DNA from: Pseudomonadota bacterium
Lineage (GTDB): Bacteria; Pseudomonadota; Alphaproteobacteria; Caulobacterales; Parvularculaceae
Assembly (NCBI GenBank): GCA_039814575.1
Contig: JBCCAY010000006.1
Location: 109,820-173,819 of the forward strand
DNA: 64,000 nucleotides
Reading direction: 5' to 3'
Part shown: positions 1 through 9,902 of the stretch, piece after piece
Layout of the letters: each line of letters begins with the position of its first letter
Position numbering within the stretch: the stretch's first letter is position 1
Translations under genes and position numbers: made by a program
Notes under the pieces: generated by a model
What the model was told of the DNA's origin: nothing
The model's database searches: none
Seen by the model: the letters and a program-made list of their open reading frames with translations, nothing else

Positions 1-1
1 G

Positions 2-325
2 CCCCATGTGCACCCGGCGTTCCGCGGGCTTTTAACGACGTGCAATATGCCGCTGAAAGCGCCGCTCACCGTTGACGACATGATGGCGCTCTACCATGCG
101 CGCTATAAAGACGAGCCGCTTGTCCGCTTGCGCAATGAAGCGCCTGAATTGAAAGACGGCACGGAGCTCACCGGCGCCATTCTCGGCGGCTTCACGGTCA
201 GCGCGGACGGCCGCTCGGCGGCGATCGTCGCGGCGGAGGACAATCTCCTCAAAGGCGCGGCGGTGCAGGCGGTGCAGAACCTCAACCTCGCCTTCGGTCT
301 CGATGAATTAGCGGGCATCGCTTAA
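2..325 (+). CDS. argC: N-acetyl-gamma-glutamyl-phosphate reductase, C-terminal fragment (5' end cut by window edge)
   Basis: The frame is open to the window start. The C-terminus ...EDNLLKGAAVQAVQNLNLAFGLDELAGI matches the conserved ArgC end (DNLxKGAAGQAVQNxNxMFG). Confidence 0.75.
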   Translation, partial: PHVHPAFRGLLTTCNMPLKAPLTVDDMMALYHARYKDEPLVRLRNEAPELKDGTELTGAILGGFTVSADGRSAAIVAAEDNLLKGAAVQAVQNLNLAFGLDELAGIA

Positions 326-364
326 GCGCGCGACCGCCGTATAGTGGTCTTTTCTTTTCCATCG

Positions 365-480
365 CCATCCTTCGAGACGCAGAGCTTAGGCTCTGCTCCT
401 CAGGATGAGGGGCGGATTCAGTCTAAAGCTCCAGCCCTCATCCTGAGGAGCAAACCGCAGGTTTGCGTCTCGAAGGATGG
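365..480. repeat. Nested perfect palindromic REP/MITE-like intergenic element
   Basis: The outer arms ccatccttcgagacgca (365-381) and tgcgtctcgaaggatgg (464-480) are a perfect 17-bp inverted repeat. The inner arms gctcctcaggatgaggg (395-411) and ccctcatcctgaggagc (435-451) are a second perfect 17-bp inverted repeat. The element lies between argC and the Kef-type gene. Confidence 0.7.
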
Positions 481-585
481 CCGCAACAAAGAACCCCACA
501 CGACAGCGCACGACAATTGGAGCCTTCGAGCGAACCGCCTATGCTCGATTTGGCGTACACTAAATTAAAATAGGATTTCCCAAAC

Positions 586-2361
586 ATGGCGGCGGCAGGC
601 GGCGGCGACTTTCTCATTCAAGCGGCGACTTATTTGGGCGCTGCTGCGGTCGCGGTGCCGATTTTCCAGCGCGTCAAGCTCGGCTCCATTCTAGGCTATC
701 TCACCGCCGGCGTCGTCGTCGGGCCGTCAGGCCTCAACCTTCTGCACCAGGAGGAAGGGGTTTTTCATATCGCCGAGCTTGGCGTCGTCCTCTTTCTCTT
801 CGTCATAGGACTAGAATTATCGCTCTCGCGCCTATGGGCCTTGCGACAGGACATTTTCGCCCTCGGCGCGGCACAAATGGGCGTGACGGGCGCGCTGATC
901 GCCAGCGTCTTCGTCGCGACGGACGTGATGCCGACGACCTCCGCCATTATCGCCGGCCTCGCCTTCGCGTTTTCATCGACGGCGTTCGCCCTACAGTTCA
1001 TGAAAGACCGCGGCGATTTAACGACGCCCTATGGCCGGCGCGCCTTTCCGGTGCTGTTGTTCCAAGACATCGCCGTCATCCCGCTCCTCGCCGTGATGCC
1101 GTTCCTGGCAGGCGCTGCCGTAACGGACGCTTCGGGCGCGTCATCGGCGGCCGGCTGGGTGAGCGCCGCCAAAGCGGCGGGCGTTGTCGCCGGGCTTATT
1201 CTCGCCGGCAAATTTCTTCTGAACCCGATCTTTCGCTATGTCGCGAGTTCCGGCTCGCGCGAAGCGTTCGCCGCGACGGCGCTCTTTATCGTCGCCGCGG
1301 TGTCGCTCGCGGTTTCCTGGGCCGGACTTTCCATGGCGCTCGGCGCGTTTCTCGCCGGCGTTTTGCTGGCGGAATCCGCCTATCGCCACCAAATCGAAAC
1401 CGACATCGAACCCTTTCGCGGATTATTGCTCGGGCTCTTTTTCATTTCCATCGGGATGCGGCTCGATCTCGGCGTCATCATCAATGCTTGGCAAATCGTT
1501 CTCGGCGCCGCGTTCGGCCTTGTCTTCCTGAAAGCCGCGGTCTTAACCGCGCTGGTGCGCATCTTTGGCGGCGCCTTTAGCGACGCTCTGAAGACCGGCG
1601 CCGTTCTCTCTCAAGGCGGCGAGTTCGCCTTCGTCGTCTTAACCCTCGGCGTCTCATCCGCTCTGTTTACAGACAATCAAGCGACGCTGATGTCGGCGAT
1701 CATCACGCTGTCGATGTTCTTAACGCCCTTCATGGTGATGGGCGCGGGCCGCCTCACGCAAGCGGACGAAGACAACGCCGGCGACCTCGAAGCGCCGCCG
1801 TCGCGGCAGGGCCATGTCATCATCGCCGGCTTCGGACGCATGGGCCAAATCGTCTCGCAGGTGATGCTGGCCGCCGGCTATGACGTCACCGCCATCGACC
1901 GCAATCCGGGCCACATCCGCAACGCTGAACGCTTCGGGTTCAAAGTCTATTATGGCGACGCCTCGCGCCTCGACGTCTTAATGACCGCCGGCGCGGAAGA
2001 AGCCTGCGCTGTGGCGCTAACGATGGACGACGCCGAAGCCGTCAACCACGCGGTCGCTGCTTTACGTCAACGCTTTCCGAACTTGCCGATCATGGCCGTC
2101 GCCCATGACCGTATGCATGAAATCGAGTTGCAGCCGCTCGATCCGGAGTTCGTCGTGCGCGAGACATTGGAATCAAGCCTCACCCTCGCCCGCGCCACAT
2201 TACAAACGCTAAATACGCCGGATGATCAGATTGAGGACTTTATCCAAGAATTCCGCTCGCGCGACCGCGAACGACTGTTAGCGCAGATGGATTACGGGCC
2301 CGAAGCCGGTATAGATCTCATGCATAAGAAGTTCGCTGGGGCCGACGCCGCCAAAACGTAA
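586..2361 (+). CDS. Monovalent cation:proton antiporter-2 (CPA2) family K+ efflux protein, KefB/KefC-like, with C-terminal TrkA-N (NAD-binding) domain
   Basis: 591 aa. The N-terminal part is a polytopic Na_H-exchanger-type membrane domain. It is followed by HVIIAGFGRMGQIVSQVMLAAGYDVTAIDRN, a Rossmann GxGxxG motif typical of Kef/TrkA-N. Confidence 0.85.
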   Translation: MAAAGGGDFLIQAATYLGAAAVAVPIFQRVKLGSILGYLTAGVVVGPSGLNLLHQEEGVFHIAELGVVLFLFVIGLELSLSRLWALRQDIFALGAAQMGVTGALIASVFVATDVMPTTSAIIAGLAFAFSSTAFALQFMKDRGDLTTPYGRRAFPVLLFQDIAVIPLLAVMPFLAGAAVTDASGASSAAGWVSAAKAAGVVAGLILAGKFLLNPIFRYVASSGSREAFAATALFIVAAVSLAVSWAGLSMALGAFLAGVLLAESAYRHQIETDIEPFRGLLLGLFFISIGMRLDLGVIINAWQIVLGAAFGLVFLKAAVLTALVRIFGGAFSDALKTGAVLSQGGEFAFVVLTLGVSSALFTDNQATLMSAIITLSMFLTPFMVMGAGRLTQADEDNAGDLEAPPSRQGHVIIAGFGRMGQIVSQVMLAAGYDVTAIDRNPGHIRNAERFGFKVYYGDASRLDVLMTAGAEEACAVALTMDDAEAVNHAVAALRQRFPNLPIMAVAHDRMHEIELQPLDPEFVVRETLESSLTLARATLQTLNTPDDQIEDFIQEFRSRDRERLLAQMDYGPEAGIDLMHKKFAGADAAKT

Positions 2362-2386
2362 GCGCTTTGGCCCTTTGTTTGGCGCC

Positions 2387-3652
2387 TTACCCCAACCATT
2401 CCGGCGTCGCTTCCAGCGCAATCATTTCTTCAAATGACGGGCGACGCCTGATGACCGCATACTCGTCGCCATTCACCAGAACCTCCGGCACGAGCGGGCG
2501 CGTATTGTATTGCGAGGCGAGCACCGCGCCATAGGCGCCGGCCGACATGAACGCCAGCAAATCGCCCTCGGCGATCGGCGGAAGCGCGCGAGCCTTCGCG
2601 AAACGATCCCCCGTTTCGCAAACTGGTCCGACGACGTCATATTGGCTAGCTTCAGCGTCCACCGCCGGCTCGGCGACGGGCATGATGTCGTGGCGCGCAT
2701 CATAAAGCGCCGGACGGATGAGATCGTTCATCGCCGCATCGACAATCAAAAAGCGCGAGGCTTCGCCTTCCTTGGCGTAAACCGCGCGCGCCACCAAAAC
2801 GCCAGCATTGCCGGCGATCATGCGGCCCGGTTCAAAAATCAGCTGTACGCCAAGATCGTCCGTCACCCGGCGGATCATCGCCGCATAGTCAACCGGGTCC
2901 GGCGGCGCGTCTTCATCGCCATAGGGAATGCCGAGCCCGCCGCCGAGATCGACCCGCTCAATAGCGATGTCGTCGGCGCGCAAGTCGGCCACCAAATCCG
3001 CCACCCGGCGGAACGCCGCCTCAAAAGGCTGCAGCGCTGTGATCTGCGAGCCGATATGCACGTCGACGCCTTTCACCGCGATGCCCGGCAGCGCCGCCGC
3101 TTCTGAATAAAGCGCCCGCGCCCGCCGCCAGGGCACGCCGAACTTATCTTCCGCCTTGCCGGTGGAGATTTTCTCATGCCCGCCAGCGCTGACGTCGGGG
3201 TTCACGCGGAACGCGATCGGCGCTTTGACGCCAGCTTCGACGGCTACGGCGTTCAAGACGCGCAGCTCATTCTCCGATTCCACATTGAACTGATGAACGC
3301 CTTCGGCGAGCGCCGCGGCGAGTTCGTTGCGGGTTTTACCAACGCCGGAGAAAACAATCTTAGACGCAGGAATGCCCGCGGCGCGCGCGCGTTTCATCTC
3401 ACCGAGGGAGACAATGTCAGCGCCCGCGCCTTCCGACGCCAACACCTTGAGAACCGCAATGTTCGAGTTTGCTTTGACTGAAAAAGCAACGAGCGTGTCG
3501 CGCCCCTCAAAAGCGTCACGAAACACCTTCACATGACGGCGTAACGTCGCTTCGGAGTAACAGTAAAAGGGCGTTCCCACCGCTTCAGCGATCGCGGCGA
3601 GACTCACCTCCTCCGCATGGAGAACGCTATTTTTGTAGGTGAAATGGTGCAC
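2387..3652 (-). CDS. lysA: Diaminopimelate decarboxylase
   Basis: 421 aa. It has the PLP fold-III decarboxylase pattern (FYCYSEATLRRH..., AFSVKANSN, DLGGGLGIPY, EPGR, CETGD) and sits in the classic lysA/argH neighbourhood. Confidence 0.95.
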   Translation of the reverse strand: MHHFTYKNSVLHAEEVSLAAIAEAVGTPFYCYSEATLRRHVKVFRDAFEGRDTLVAFSVKANSNIAVLKVLASEGAGADIVSLGEMKRARAAGIPASKIVFSGVGKTRNELAAALAEGVHQFNVESENELRVLNAVAVEAGVKAPIAFRVNPDVSAGGHEKISTGKAEDKFGVPWRRARALYSEAAALPGIAVKGVDVHIGSQITALQPFEAAFRRVADLVADLRADDIAIERVDLGGGLGIPYGDEDAPPDPVDYAAMIRRVTDDLGVQLIFEPGRMIAGNAGVLVARAVYAKEGEASRFLIVDAAMNDLIRPALYDARHDIMPVAEPAVDAEASQYDVVGPVCETGDRFAKARALPPIAEGDLLAFMSAGAYGAVLASQYNTRPLVPEVLVNGDEYAVIRRRPSFEEMIALEATPEWLG

Positions 3653-3661
3653 GGGGAGGAC

Positions 3662-3826
3662 TCAGCTTTCCGTTTCTGTCGCTTCTGTCGGCGCTGTCTC
3701 TTCGGACGGCGCCGTCTCTTCTACTGGCGGCAAATCGCTCGACGGCGTTCTAAGCGCCGCTTTCTTGCCACACGCACTGACTGCAAAGAGGGCAGTTACG
3801 CCCAGAATAACCATTCGACGAAGCAT
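3662..3826 (-). CDS. Small lipoprotein (LptM/YifL-like lipoprotein-attachment family) between argH and lysA
   Basis: I trimmed the start to [19 protein letters not shown]|GKK, which gives a lipobox with Cys. Its ATG overlaps the argH stop as TAATG. The short Pro/Glu/Thr-rich tail is typical of the tiny lipoproteins found beside lysA/dapF. Confidence 0.55.
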   Translation of the reverse strand: MLRRMVILGVTALFAVSACGKKAALRTPSSDLPPVEETAPSEETAPTEATETES

Positions 3827-5271
3827 TAGGCATTCTCCGTTTTTGACCGTTCCGCCAGCGTTTGACGCCAATGGGCGGCTTGGGCGGCGACGTTTTTCGG
3901 CGCCGTACCCCCATAAGACGTGCGCGAGGCGACAGAGGCGTCGACGCTCAACACCGAAAAGACGTCTTCGGTGATGCGCGGCTCCACCTTCTGCATCTCC
4001 GCTAGAGACAAAGCATCAAGCGCGACGTTCTTCTCTTCGGCAAGGGCGACAATGCGTCCACAGACATCATGGGCGTGGCGGAACGGCGTTCCAAGAACCC
4101 GCACCAACCAATCAGCAAGATCCGTCGCCGTGGAAAACCCACGCGCGGCAGCATCACGTAAGGCCGCTTCATTCACCTGCAAATCATCAATCATGCCGGC
4201 CATCGCCGCCAAAGCGAGTTCGAGCGCATCAAACGTTTCGAACGTCGTCTTTTTATCTTCCTGCATATCCTTTGAATAAGCGAGCGGCAGGCCCTTCATC
4301 ACCATAAGGAGGGTTTGATAACCAGCATTAACCGCGCCAATTTTAGCGCGACACAGCTCGGCGGCATCCGGGTTGCGTTTTTGCGGCATGATCGACGAGC
4401 CTGTGGAGAAGGCGTCTGTGAACGTTGCGAACCCAAAATGCGCCGAGCACCACAGCACCAACTCCTCCGCTAGCCGAGAAATCGTTGCGGCGTTAATGCT
4501 GGCGGCGCTGAGCGCCTCCAACGCAAAGTCCCGCGCGGAGACAGAATCGAGTGAGTTCGCCGTCGGTCGCTCAAACCCGAGCGCCAAGGCCGTCTGTGTG
4601 CGGTCAATCGGAAACGACGTGCCCGCGAGCGCCGCCGCGCCCAACGGGCATTCATTCATCCGCGCCGCCGCGTCGAGAAAACGCGTGCGGTCGCGCTCCA
4701 GCATCTCCACATAGGCAAGGCAATGGTGACCGAACGTCACCGGCTGCGCCGTTTGCAGATGGGTATACCCCGGCATCACCGCGTCGGCGTGGGTTGCGGC
4801 TTTCTCCACGAGCGCGCCCTGAAGCAACGAAATCCGCCGGGCAGCGTCGCGGCACGCGTTGCGCGTCCATAGCCGGAAGTCCGTCGCCACTTGGTCATTG
4901 CGCGAGCGGGCGGTGTGCAAGCGCGCCGCCGGATCGCCGACAAGGGCGATAAGCCGCGCTTCAATGTTCATGTGAATGTCTTCAAGCGCCGCGGAGAAGG
5001 CGAAATCGCCTTTCTCGATCTCTTCAGCCACTTGATCGAGCCCGCGGTGGATCGCCGCGGCGTCGTCTTTAGAGATGACGCCCGTTTCGCTCAACATCGC
5101 CGCATGGGCCCTGGAACCCGCGATATCCTCGCGCCACAGCCGCTTATCGACGTCGATCGAGGCGTTGATCTCTTCCATCACCGCCGCCGGGCCGCCAGCG
5201 AAACGCCCGCCCCACATCTGGTTTTTGCGATCCTCGGCGCTATTTTCGCCCGTATCATTGGTGTTCGTCAT
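3826..5271 (-). CDS. argH: Argininosuccinate lyase
   Basis: WGGRFAGGP... near the N-terminus and the fumarate-lyase signature [13 protein letters not shown] trimmed the start to MTNTND (GGAAG about 8 nt upstream) because the longer ORF would run into the divergent tlpA. Confidence 0.92.
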   Translation of the reverse strand: MTNTNDTGENSAEDRKNQMWGGRFAGGPAAVMEEINASIDVDKRLWREDIAGSRAHAAMLSETGVISKDDAAAIHRGLDQVAEEIEKGDFAFSAALEDIHMNIEARLIALVGDPAARLHTARSRNDQVATDFRLWTRNACRDAARRISLLQGALVEKAATHADAVMPGYTHLQTAQPVTFGHHCLAYVEMLERDRTRFLDAAARMNECPLGAAALAGTSFPIDRTQTALALGFERPTANSLDSVSARDFALEALSAASINAATISRLAEELVLWCSAHFGFATFTDAFSTGSSIMPQKRNPDAAELCRAKIGAVNAGYQTLLMVMKGLPLAYSKDMQEDKKTTFETFDALELALAAMAGMIDDLQVNEAALRDAAARGFSTATDLADWLVRVLGTPFRHAHDVCGRIVALAEEKNVALDALSLAEMQKVEPRITEDVFSVLSVDASVASRTSYGGTAPKNVAAQAAHWRQTLAERSKTENA

Positions 5272-5350
5272 CGCGTTTGCTTCCGCATCCCTCTTCGCCG
5301 ACATGTCGTGCGTCGAAATCTTGCGCCTAATTTGGAAGGCCCCGACCGTT

Positions 5351-6022
5351 ATGGACCGATCCGCCCTCAGCATTCTCGCACGCCCACGCATGTTGCTCAT
5401 GATCTGGGGCGGCCTCGGCGCAGCCTTCGTCCTTTACGTGATGATCGCCTCCGCCGTCCAGAGCGGCGATCGTCCCGGCGCCGGCGCGAATGCTGAACTT
5501 TCCGTTCCCATGCACGATCCGACCCTGCTCGTCGGCGATATGTCGAAATTCGCTTACGCCTTCACGCCCCGCACCGCGCCGACAGTAGTCTTCAATGTCG
5601 ACGGCGCGCCCGGCATGCCGGCGGATGAAACAGCGGGGCGTCGGCTGAGCGATTATCGCGGCAAGACGATCCTCGTGAACTTTTGGGCGACCTGGTGCGC
5701 GCCCTGCAAACAAGAACTGCCGACGCTCGACGCCCTGCAAAAAGCGCGCGGCGGGGCCGATTTCGAAGTGGTCGCCGTCGCCGCCGATCCGAAAGGCCGT
5801 AACGCCGCAACCAAAGCGTTCGAGACGATCGGCGTCGAGCATTTGGACTTATTGATGGATCAGCGCCTTGATCTCGCCATCGCCGTCGGCGGCCAGGCGG
5901 CGCTTCCCCTATCAATCCTTTATGACCCCGCTGGTAATGAGGTCGGCCGTATCGTGGGCGAAGCCGACTGGAACAGCGAGGAGGCGCGCGCCCTCATCGA
6001 GCGGGTCATTGAAAACGGCTGA
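5351..6022 (+). CDS. tlpA: Thiol:disulfide interchange protein, TlpA/ResA family (thioredoxin fold)
   Basis: An N-terminal TM anchor ([19 protein letters not shown]) and the motif [17 protein letters not shown] (WCxxC). It is divergent from argH, as in other alphaproteobacteria. I trimmed the start to MDRSAL. Confidence 0.8.
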   Translation: MDRSALSILARPRMLLMIWGGLGAAFVLYVMIASAVQSGDRPGAGANAELSVPMHDPTLLVGDMSKFAYAFTPRTAPTVVFNVDGAPGMPADETAGRRLSDYRGKTILVNFWATWCAPCKQELPTLDALQKARGGADFEVVAVAADPKGRNAATKAFETIGVEHLDLLMDQRLDLAIAVGGQAALPLSILYDPAGNEVGRIVGEADWNSEEARALIERVIENG

Positions 6023-6191
6023 GCCCAAAAACAAGTGGCCCAAGAGCAACGCTGAGAAAACTCTTTGCGCTTGATCGGCTGAGGGCCTCTTCTCACCGCG
6101 TGACAGCTGATGTTCCGCTTGCCAGGCCAGATCGAAGGCGCGAAGACTCCCATGACGCGCTGCGACAACAATAATTATTGGGAGAATCCAA

Positions 6192-8000
6192 TTGAAGAAC
6201 CGGAAAACAGCCGACCAACGCTTTCCCGCCACTGGCGCCCGGTTCCAACGCCCCGCTTGGCGACGCTGTGCACTGGCCCTAACCGCCGCCGGCGCCCTTG
6301 CAGCCTGTGACCGCGGCGCAAGCGACGCAACAGCCCCCAACGCATCATCACCGAGCCAAGCGATGGCGGCGCGCGCGGACACAAAAACGCCGATCGACAC
6401 CGCCTTTCGCCTGAAGAACGCCGAGGCGATCGACGTCGACGCACTCTTCGCGCTTTTGCCTGAAGCGTTACGGCCGACTTATGGCGCGGCTGAGTTCGAC
6501 GACGCCATCGGCGCAATGGTTCTCACTGACGTAAAAGTTGCGCCGGCGTTCGACGCTGATCTCGGCGACTACGACCTTTCCCTTTCTGGAAAGGGTTTTG
6601 AAATCGGCCGCGCAGAACTTTACGGCGTCGACCAAGACGCGCTTGCACGGGTCGCAGAAACCAAAAACCTTGAAAGCGACGACCGTTACGAAGCGCCCTT
6701 TGAGGATATTTTTGAGAAGGTTCGCCTCTTCGAGGTCCGCCGACTGTCAAACACGGATAATTCCGCTACGGGTGAAACGGAGGACGATGCGCCAGCGATT
6801 GGCGCGATTGAGTTCGACAAACTCGCTATGCGTCGCGGCGCTTTCGAAGGCGTCAACGCTGACGCCGGCGAGAACGCCAACGCCGCGCACTTCTTTAACG
6901 CCTTCACGCTCGCCGGGCTCTATGTCAAAGACGCCGCCCTTAACATGAGCGACGATGAAGGCGCGGCGAGCGATTCCGTTGACGCCGGCAGTGTGCGCAT
7001 CACAGCCCCTGACCTGCGCTTTGTCGGCCTCGGCGGCGGTAAACTGGATCAGTTTCTTACGAACAATCTTTCTTACACGATTGAACAATCGCCTGACGCC
7101 CGCAACGCCGCCGCTGAAGCTTTGGGCGGCGATATCTTTAGCGGTCCGCTTGGCAATCTGGCGATCCCGACAAGCCAAGCCTATGACTTTGGATCGATCG
7201 ATTGGCGCAGCATCGATTTGTCAGGCGTCATTCCCTATGCGCTGCAAGGAATTGCGCCGCCGACAAGCGCTCGCCAAGTAATGGACCTAGGCTCCGTACA
7301 GGTCGAAGACGCAAAGTCTTACGTAAACGGAAAACTCTTTTCGTCGACGCCCGACGCGCGGGTTTCGGCGATGACCTTCACATGGCTCGCGCCCTCGCGG
7401 ATTGTCGCGTCAACGCCGAAATCCACATACGACTTTACCGCCTACCTCACAGAGGATGACAAAGACGCGCTCGCAACCTTCAAAGAGTACGGCCTCGACA
7501 ATGTCGTCAGTGCAAGTAATTTCGCCTATAATTGGGATGCGGACCGTGGCGACGCATCACTGCGGTCCGACTTCCAATCGGAGGGCTTCTCTGCGCTCGA
7601 TTTTTCGCTCGGGCTCGCCGGCCTTTCCTTGGACAAGGTAGATAGCTCCAAGCCGAACGCCTTGTTTAACGACGGCGCGCTGGCGTCGATGGACCTTACG
7701 ATCGATGACGAAAAAATGCTGGACGCGATCTTCGCCGTTGCGGCGCTTCAAACGGGCGGCGCGCCGGGCGACTTACGCAAATCCGCCGGCGCCGTGATGC
7801 GCGTCGGCGGTATGCAATTCATGCTGTCGAACCCGAAATTCGTCGAATACATCAACGCCGCCGCGGCATTCGTCGAAGAAGGGGGACGCTTGAACGTCAC
7901 AGCAGCGCCGAAAACGCCAGTGCCGTTTAGCGCATTCCAAGGCGTCGACATGCTGGAGACGCCGAAGCTTCTGAACATTACGGTTGAGCGCAGCGAATAA
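6192..8000 (+). CDS. Hypothetical acidic lipoprotein, 602 aa, unknown function
   Basis: TTG start with GGAG 7 nt upstream. The signal peptide and lipobox are ...LALTAAGALAAC|DRG. I recognise no catalytic motif. Confidence 0.6.
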   Translation: MKNRKTADQRFPATGARFQRPAWRRCALALTAAGALAACDRGASDATAPNASSPSQAMAARADTKTPIDTAFRLKNAEAIDVDALFALLPEALRPTYGAAEFDDAIGAMVLTDVKVAPAFDADLGDYDLSLSGKGFEIGRAELYGVDQDALARVAETKNLESDDRYEAPFEDIFEKVRLFEVRRLSNTDNSATGETEDDAPAIGAIEFDKLAMRRGAFEGVNADAGENANAAHFFNAFTLAGLYVKDAALNMSDDEGAASDSVDAGSVRITAPDLRFVGLGGGKLDQFLTNNLSYTIEQSPDARNAAAEALGGDIFSGPLGNLAIPTSQAYDFGSIDWRSIDLSGVIPYALQGIAPPTSARQVMDLGSVQVEDAKSYVNGKLFSSTPDARVSAMTFTWLAPSRIVASTPKSTYDFTAYLTEDDKDALATFKEYGLDNVVSASNFAYNWDADRGDASLRSDFQSEGFSALDFSLGLAGLSLDKVDSSKPNALFNDGALASMDLTIDDEKMLDAIFAVAALQTGGAPGDLRKSAGAVMRVGGMQFMLSNPKFVEYINAAAAFVEEGGRLNVTAAPKTPVPFSAFQGVDMLETPKLLNITVERSE

Positions 8001-8010
8001 GCGGCGGCGC

Positions 8011-9162
8011 TCAATTGCTCCGGCGCACAATTGCGAGCCCGGCCGAATAGCCGGCGCCAAAGCCGGCGATGACGCCGACGGCGCCGGCCGGCAAATCATT
8101 CCTATGCTTATGAAAGGCGATGATCGAGCCGGCGGACGACGTGTTCGCGTATTCATCGAGCACAACCGGCGCTTCGTCCCGGCTTGCTTCGCGCCCGAGC
8201 ACTTTCTTAGCGATAAACTCATTCATAGAGAGGTTCGCTTGGTGCAACCACATGCGGGCGAGATCAGACGGCTCAACGCCCGTATCCGATAAATGCTCGA
8301 CGATCATTTCGCCGACCATCGGCACCACGTCGCGGAAGACCTTGCGGCCGTTCTGAATGAAAAGATGATCCGTAAACGGCGACGTCTGGTCGTCCGGCGC
8401 AGCGCCGTCGGCGCGTTCCAGACGGTTCAAGAAGCCGAAATTATTGCGGATATTGTTTGAAAAGACGGTTTTGAGGCGCGTGCCGAGGATCTCCCAGGCT
8501 TCGCCTGTCGGCGCGCCGTCATTGCGTTCAAGAATAATAGCCGTCGCCACGTCACCAAAAATAAAATGGCTGTCGCGATCGCGGAAGTTAAGGTGCGCGG
8601 TGCAGATTTCGGGATTGACGATCAAAATCCGGCGGGCGCCAGCGCGAATGAGGCCGACCGCGGTTTCAATCGCGAAAGCCGCTGACGCACATGCGACGTT
8701 CATATCAAAGCCATAACCAGCGATGCCGAGCGCATCTTGGATTTCCACCGCCATCGCCGGATAGCCGCGCTGCATGTTCGAGGCGGCGCATAAGACGCCG
8801 TCGATATCCTCCGCACCGAGATCGGCGGCCTTCATCGCGTCGCGCGCCGCGGCTACGGCGATTTCAGCCAATAACGAGATCTGCTCATTGGGGCGGGCCT
8901 CGAGGCGCGGGGCCATGCGGTTGATGTCGAGAATGCCTTCCTTCTCGACGACAAAACGCGACTTGATGCCCGACGCCTTTTCGATGAATTCCGCAGAAGA
9001 CGGCTGCAGCGGTTGTACGTCGCCGGCCGCAATGGCGGCTGCGTTGTCAGCGTTCCACTTCTCGACAAAGCCGTTAAACGCAGCGACCAACTCATCATTG
9101 GAAATCGAATGGCGCGGGGTGTAGAGCCCGGTTGCAACGATGCGAACGTCCGGCGCGGCCAT
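8011..9162 (-). CDS. Beta-ketoacyl-ACP synthase III (FabH/KAS III-like) family protein
   Basis: Thiolase-fold KAS III pattern: active-site region NVACASAAFAIE, HQAN, GFGAGYS. I trimmed the start to MAAPDVRIVATG, which has AAGGAGG 6-7 nt upstream. Confidence 0.8.
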   Translation of the reverse strand: MAAPDVRIVATGLYTPRHSISNDELVAAFNGFVEKWNADNAAAIAAGDVQPLQPSSAEFIEKASGIKSRFVVEKEGILDINRMAPRLEARPNEQISLLAEIAVAAARDAMKAADLGAEDIDGVLCAASNMQRGYPAMAVEIQDALGIAGYGFDMNVACASAAFAIETAVGLIRAGARRILIVNPEICTAHLNFRDRDSHFIFGDVATAIILERNDGAPTGEAWEILGTRLKTVFSNNIRNNFGFLNRLERADGAAPDDQTSPFTDHLFIQNGRKVFRDVVPMVGEMIVEHLSDTGVEPSDLARMWLHQANLSMNEFIAKKVLGREASRDEAPVVLDEYANTSSAGSIIAFHKHRNDLPAGAVGVIAGFGAGYSAGLAIVRRSN

Positions 9163-9293
9163 GGGCGGCCTCCTTAAGAGCGCGCTGTAAGGGCGCGTAA
9201 CGAATTTCAAAATAATCGTCGCACATTGCGCGTGTTACGCAGCAGAGGCAAGCGTGAGGCAGCTGCTAGGCAGGCCGAGGCGTCTAAATGTCG

Positions 9294-9875
9294 TCAGGCT
9301 TTCACCGCTTTGTGACGGGGGCAGGTCACCACATGGTCGTTCACCATGCCCACGGCCTGCATAAAGGCGTAACAAATGACAGGGCCGCAGAACTTGAACC
9401 CAAGGCCTTTCAGATCCTTTGACATCGCCTCGCTTTCCGGCGAATGCGTGGGCGCGTCGCGCCAATCCCGCAACTGGTTGTCGATCGGCGCGCCATCGAC
9501 AAAGCCCCACAAATAGCCGGAAAAACCGTCATCCCGCTTTTCCATGATGTCGAGATAGGCTTGCGCGTTCGACACCGCAGCGTTGATTTTTGTCCCCGAG
9601 CGAATGATGCCCGCGTCGCCCATTAGGCGCTCAATTTTTTTCGGCGTATAGCGCGCGATTTTTTCCGGCTCGAAACCATCGAACGCGCGACGGAAGTTAT
9701 CGCGCTTATAAAGAATTGTCCGCCAAGAAAGCCCCGCTTGAAAACCATCTAGTATGAGCTTCTCGAAGAGCGCGCGGTCGTCCCATTCAGGCACGCCCCA
9801 TTCTTCGTCATGGTAAGCGCAATAAAGTTCATCGTCCGCTGGAACCCAGCCGCAGCGTTCTAGCGCCTTCGCCAT
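9294..9875 (-). CDS. tag: DNA-3-methyladenine glycosylase I
   Basis: RCGWVPADDELYCAYHDEEWGVPEWDDRALFEKLILDGFQAGLSW is the canonical Tag N-terminus. Confidence 0.9.
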   Translation of the reverse strand: MAKALERCGWVPADDELYCAYHDEEWGVPEWDDRALFEKLILDGFQAGLSWRTILYKRDNFRRAFDGFEPEKIARYTPKKIERLMGDAGIIRSGTKINAAVSNAQAYLDIMEKRDDGFSGYLWGFVDGAPIDNQLRDWRDAPTHSPESEAMSKDLKGLGFKFCGPVICYAFMQAVGMVNDHVVTCPRHKAVKA

Positions 9876-9902
9876 TATGTTCCCTCCGCCTACAGATAAC
9901 TT

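Noticed and set aside
344-568. 74-aa ORF between argC and the Kef gene.
   Set aside because: It is generated by the nested palindromic repeat element (365-480). Such repeats are known to produce spurious ORFs.
834-1580. 248-aa Arg-rich alternative-frame ORF inside the Kef-type antiporter gene.
   Set aside because: It is an out-of-frame overlap with a clear membrane-transporter frame, and the extreme Arg/Gly content is typical of off-frame GC-rich sequence.
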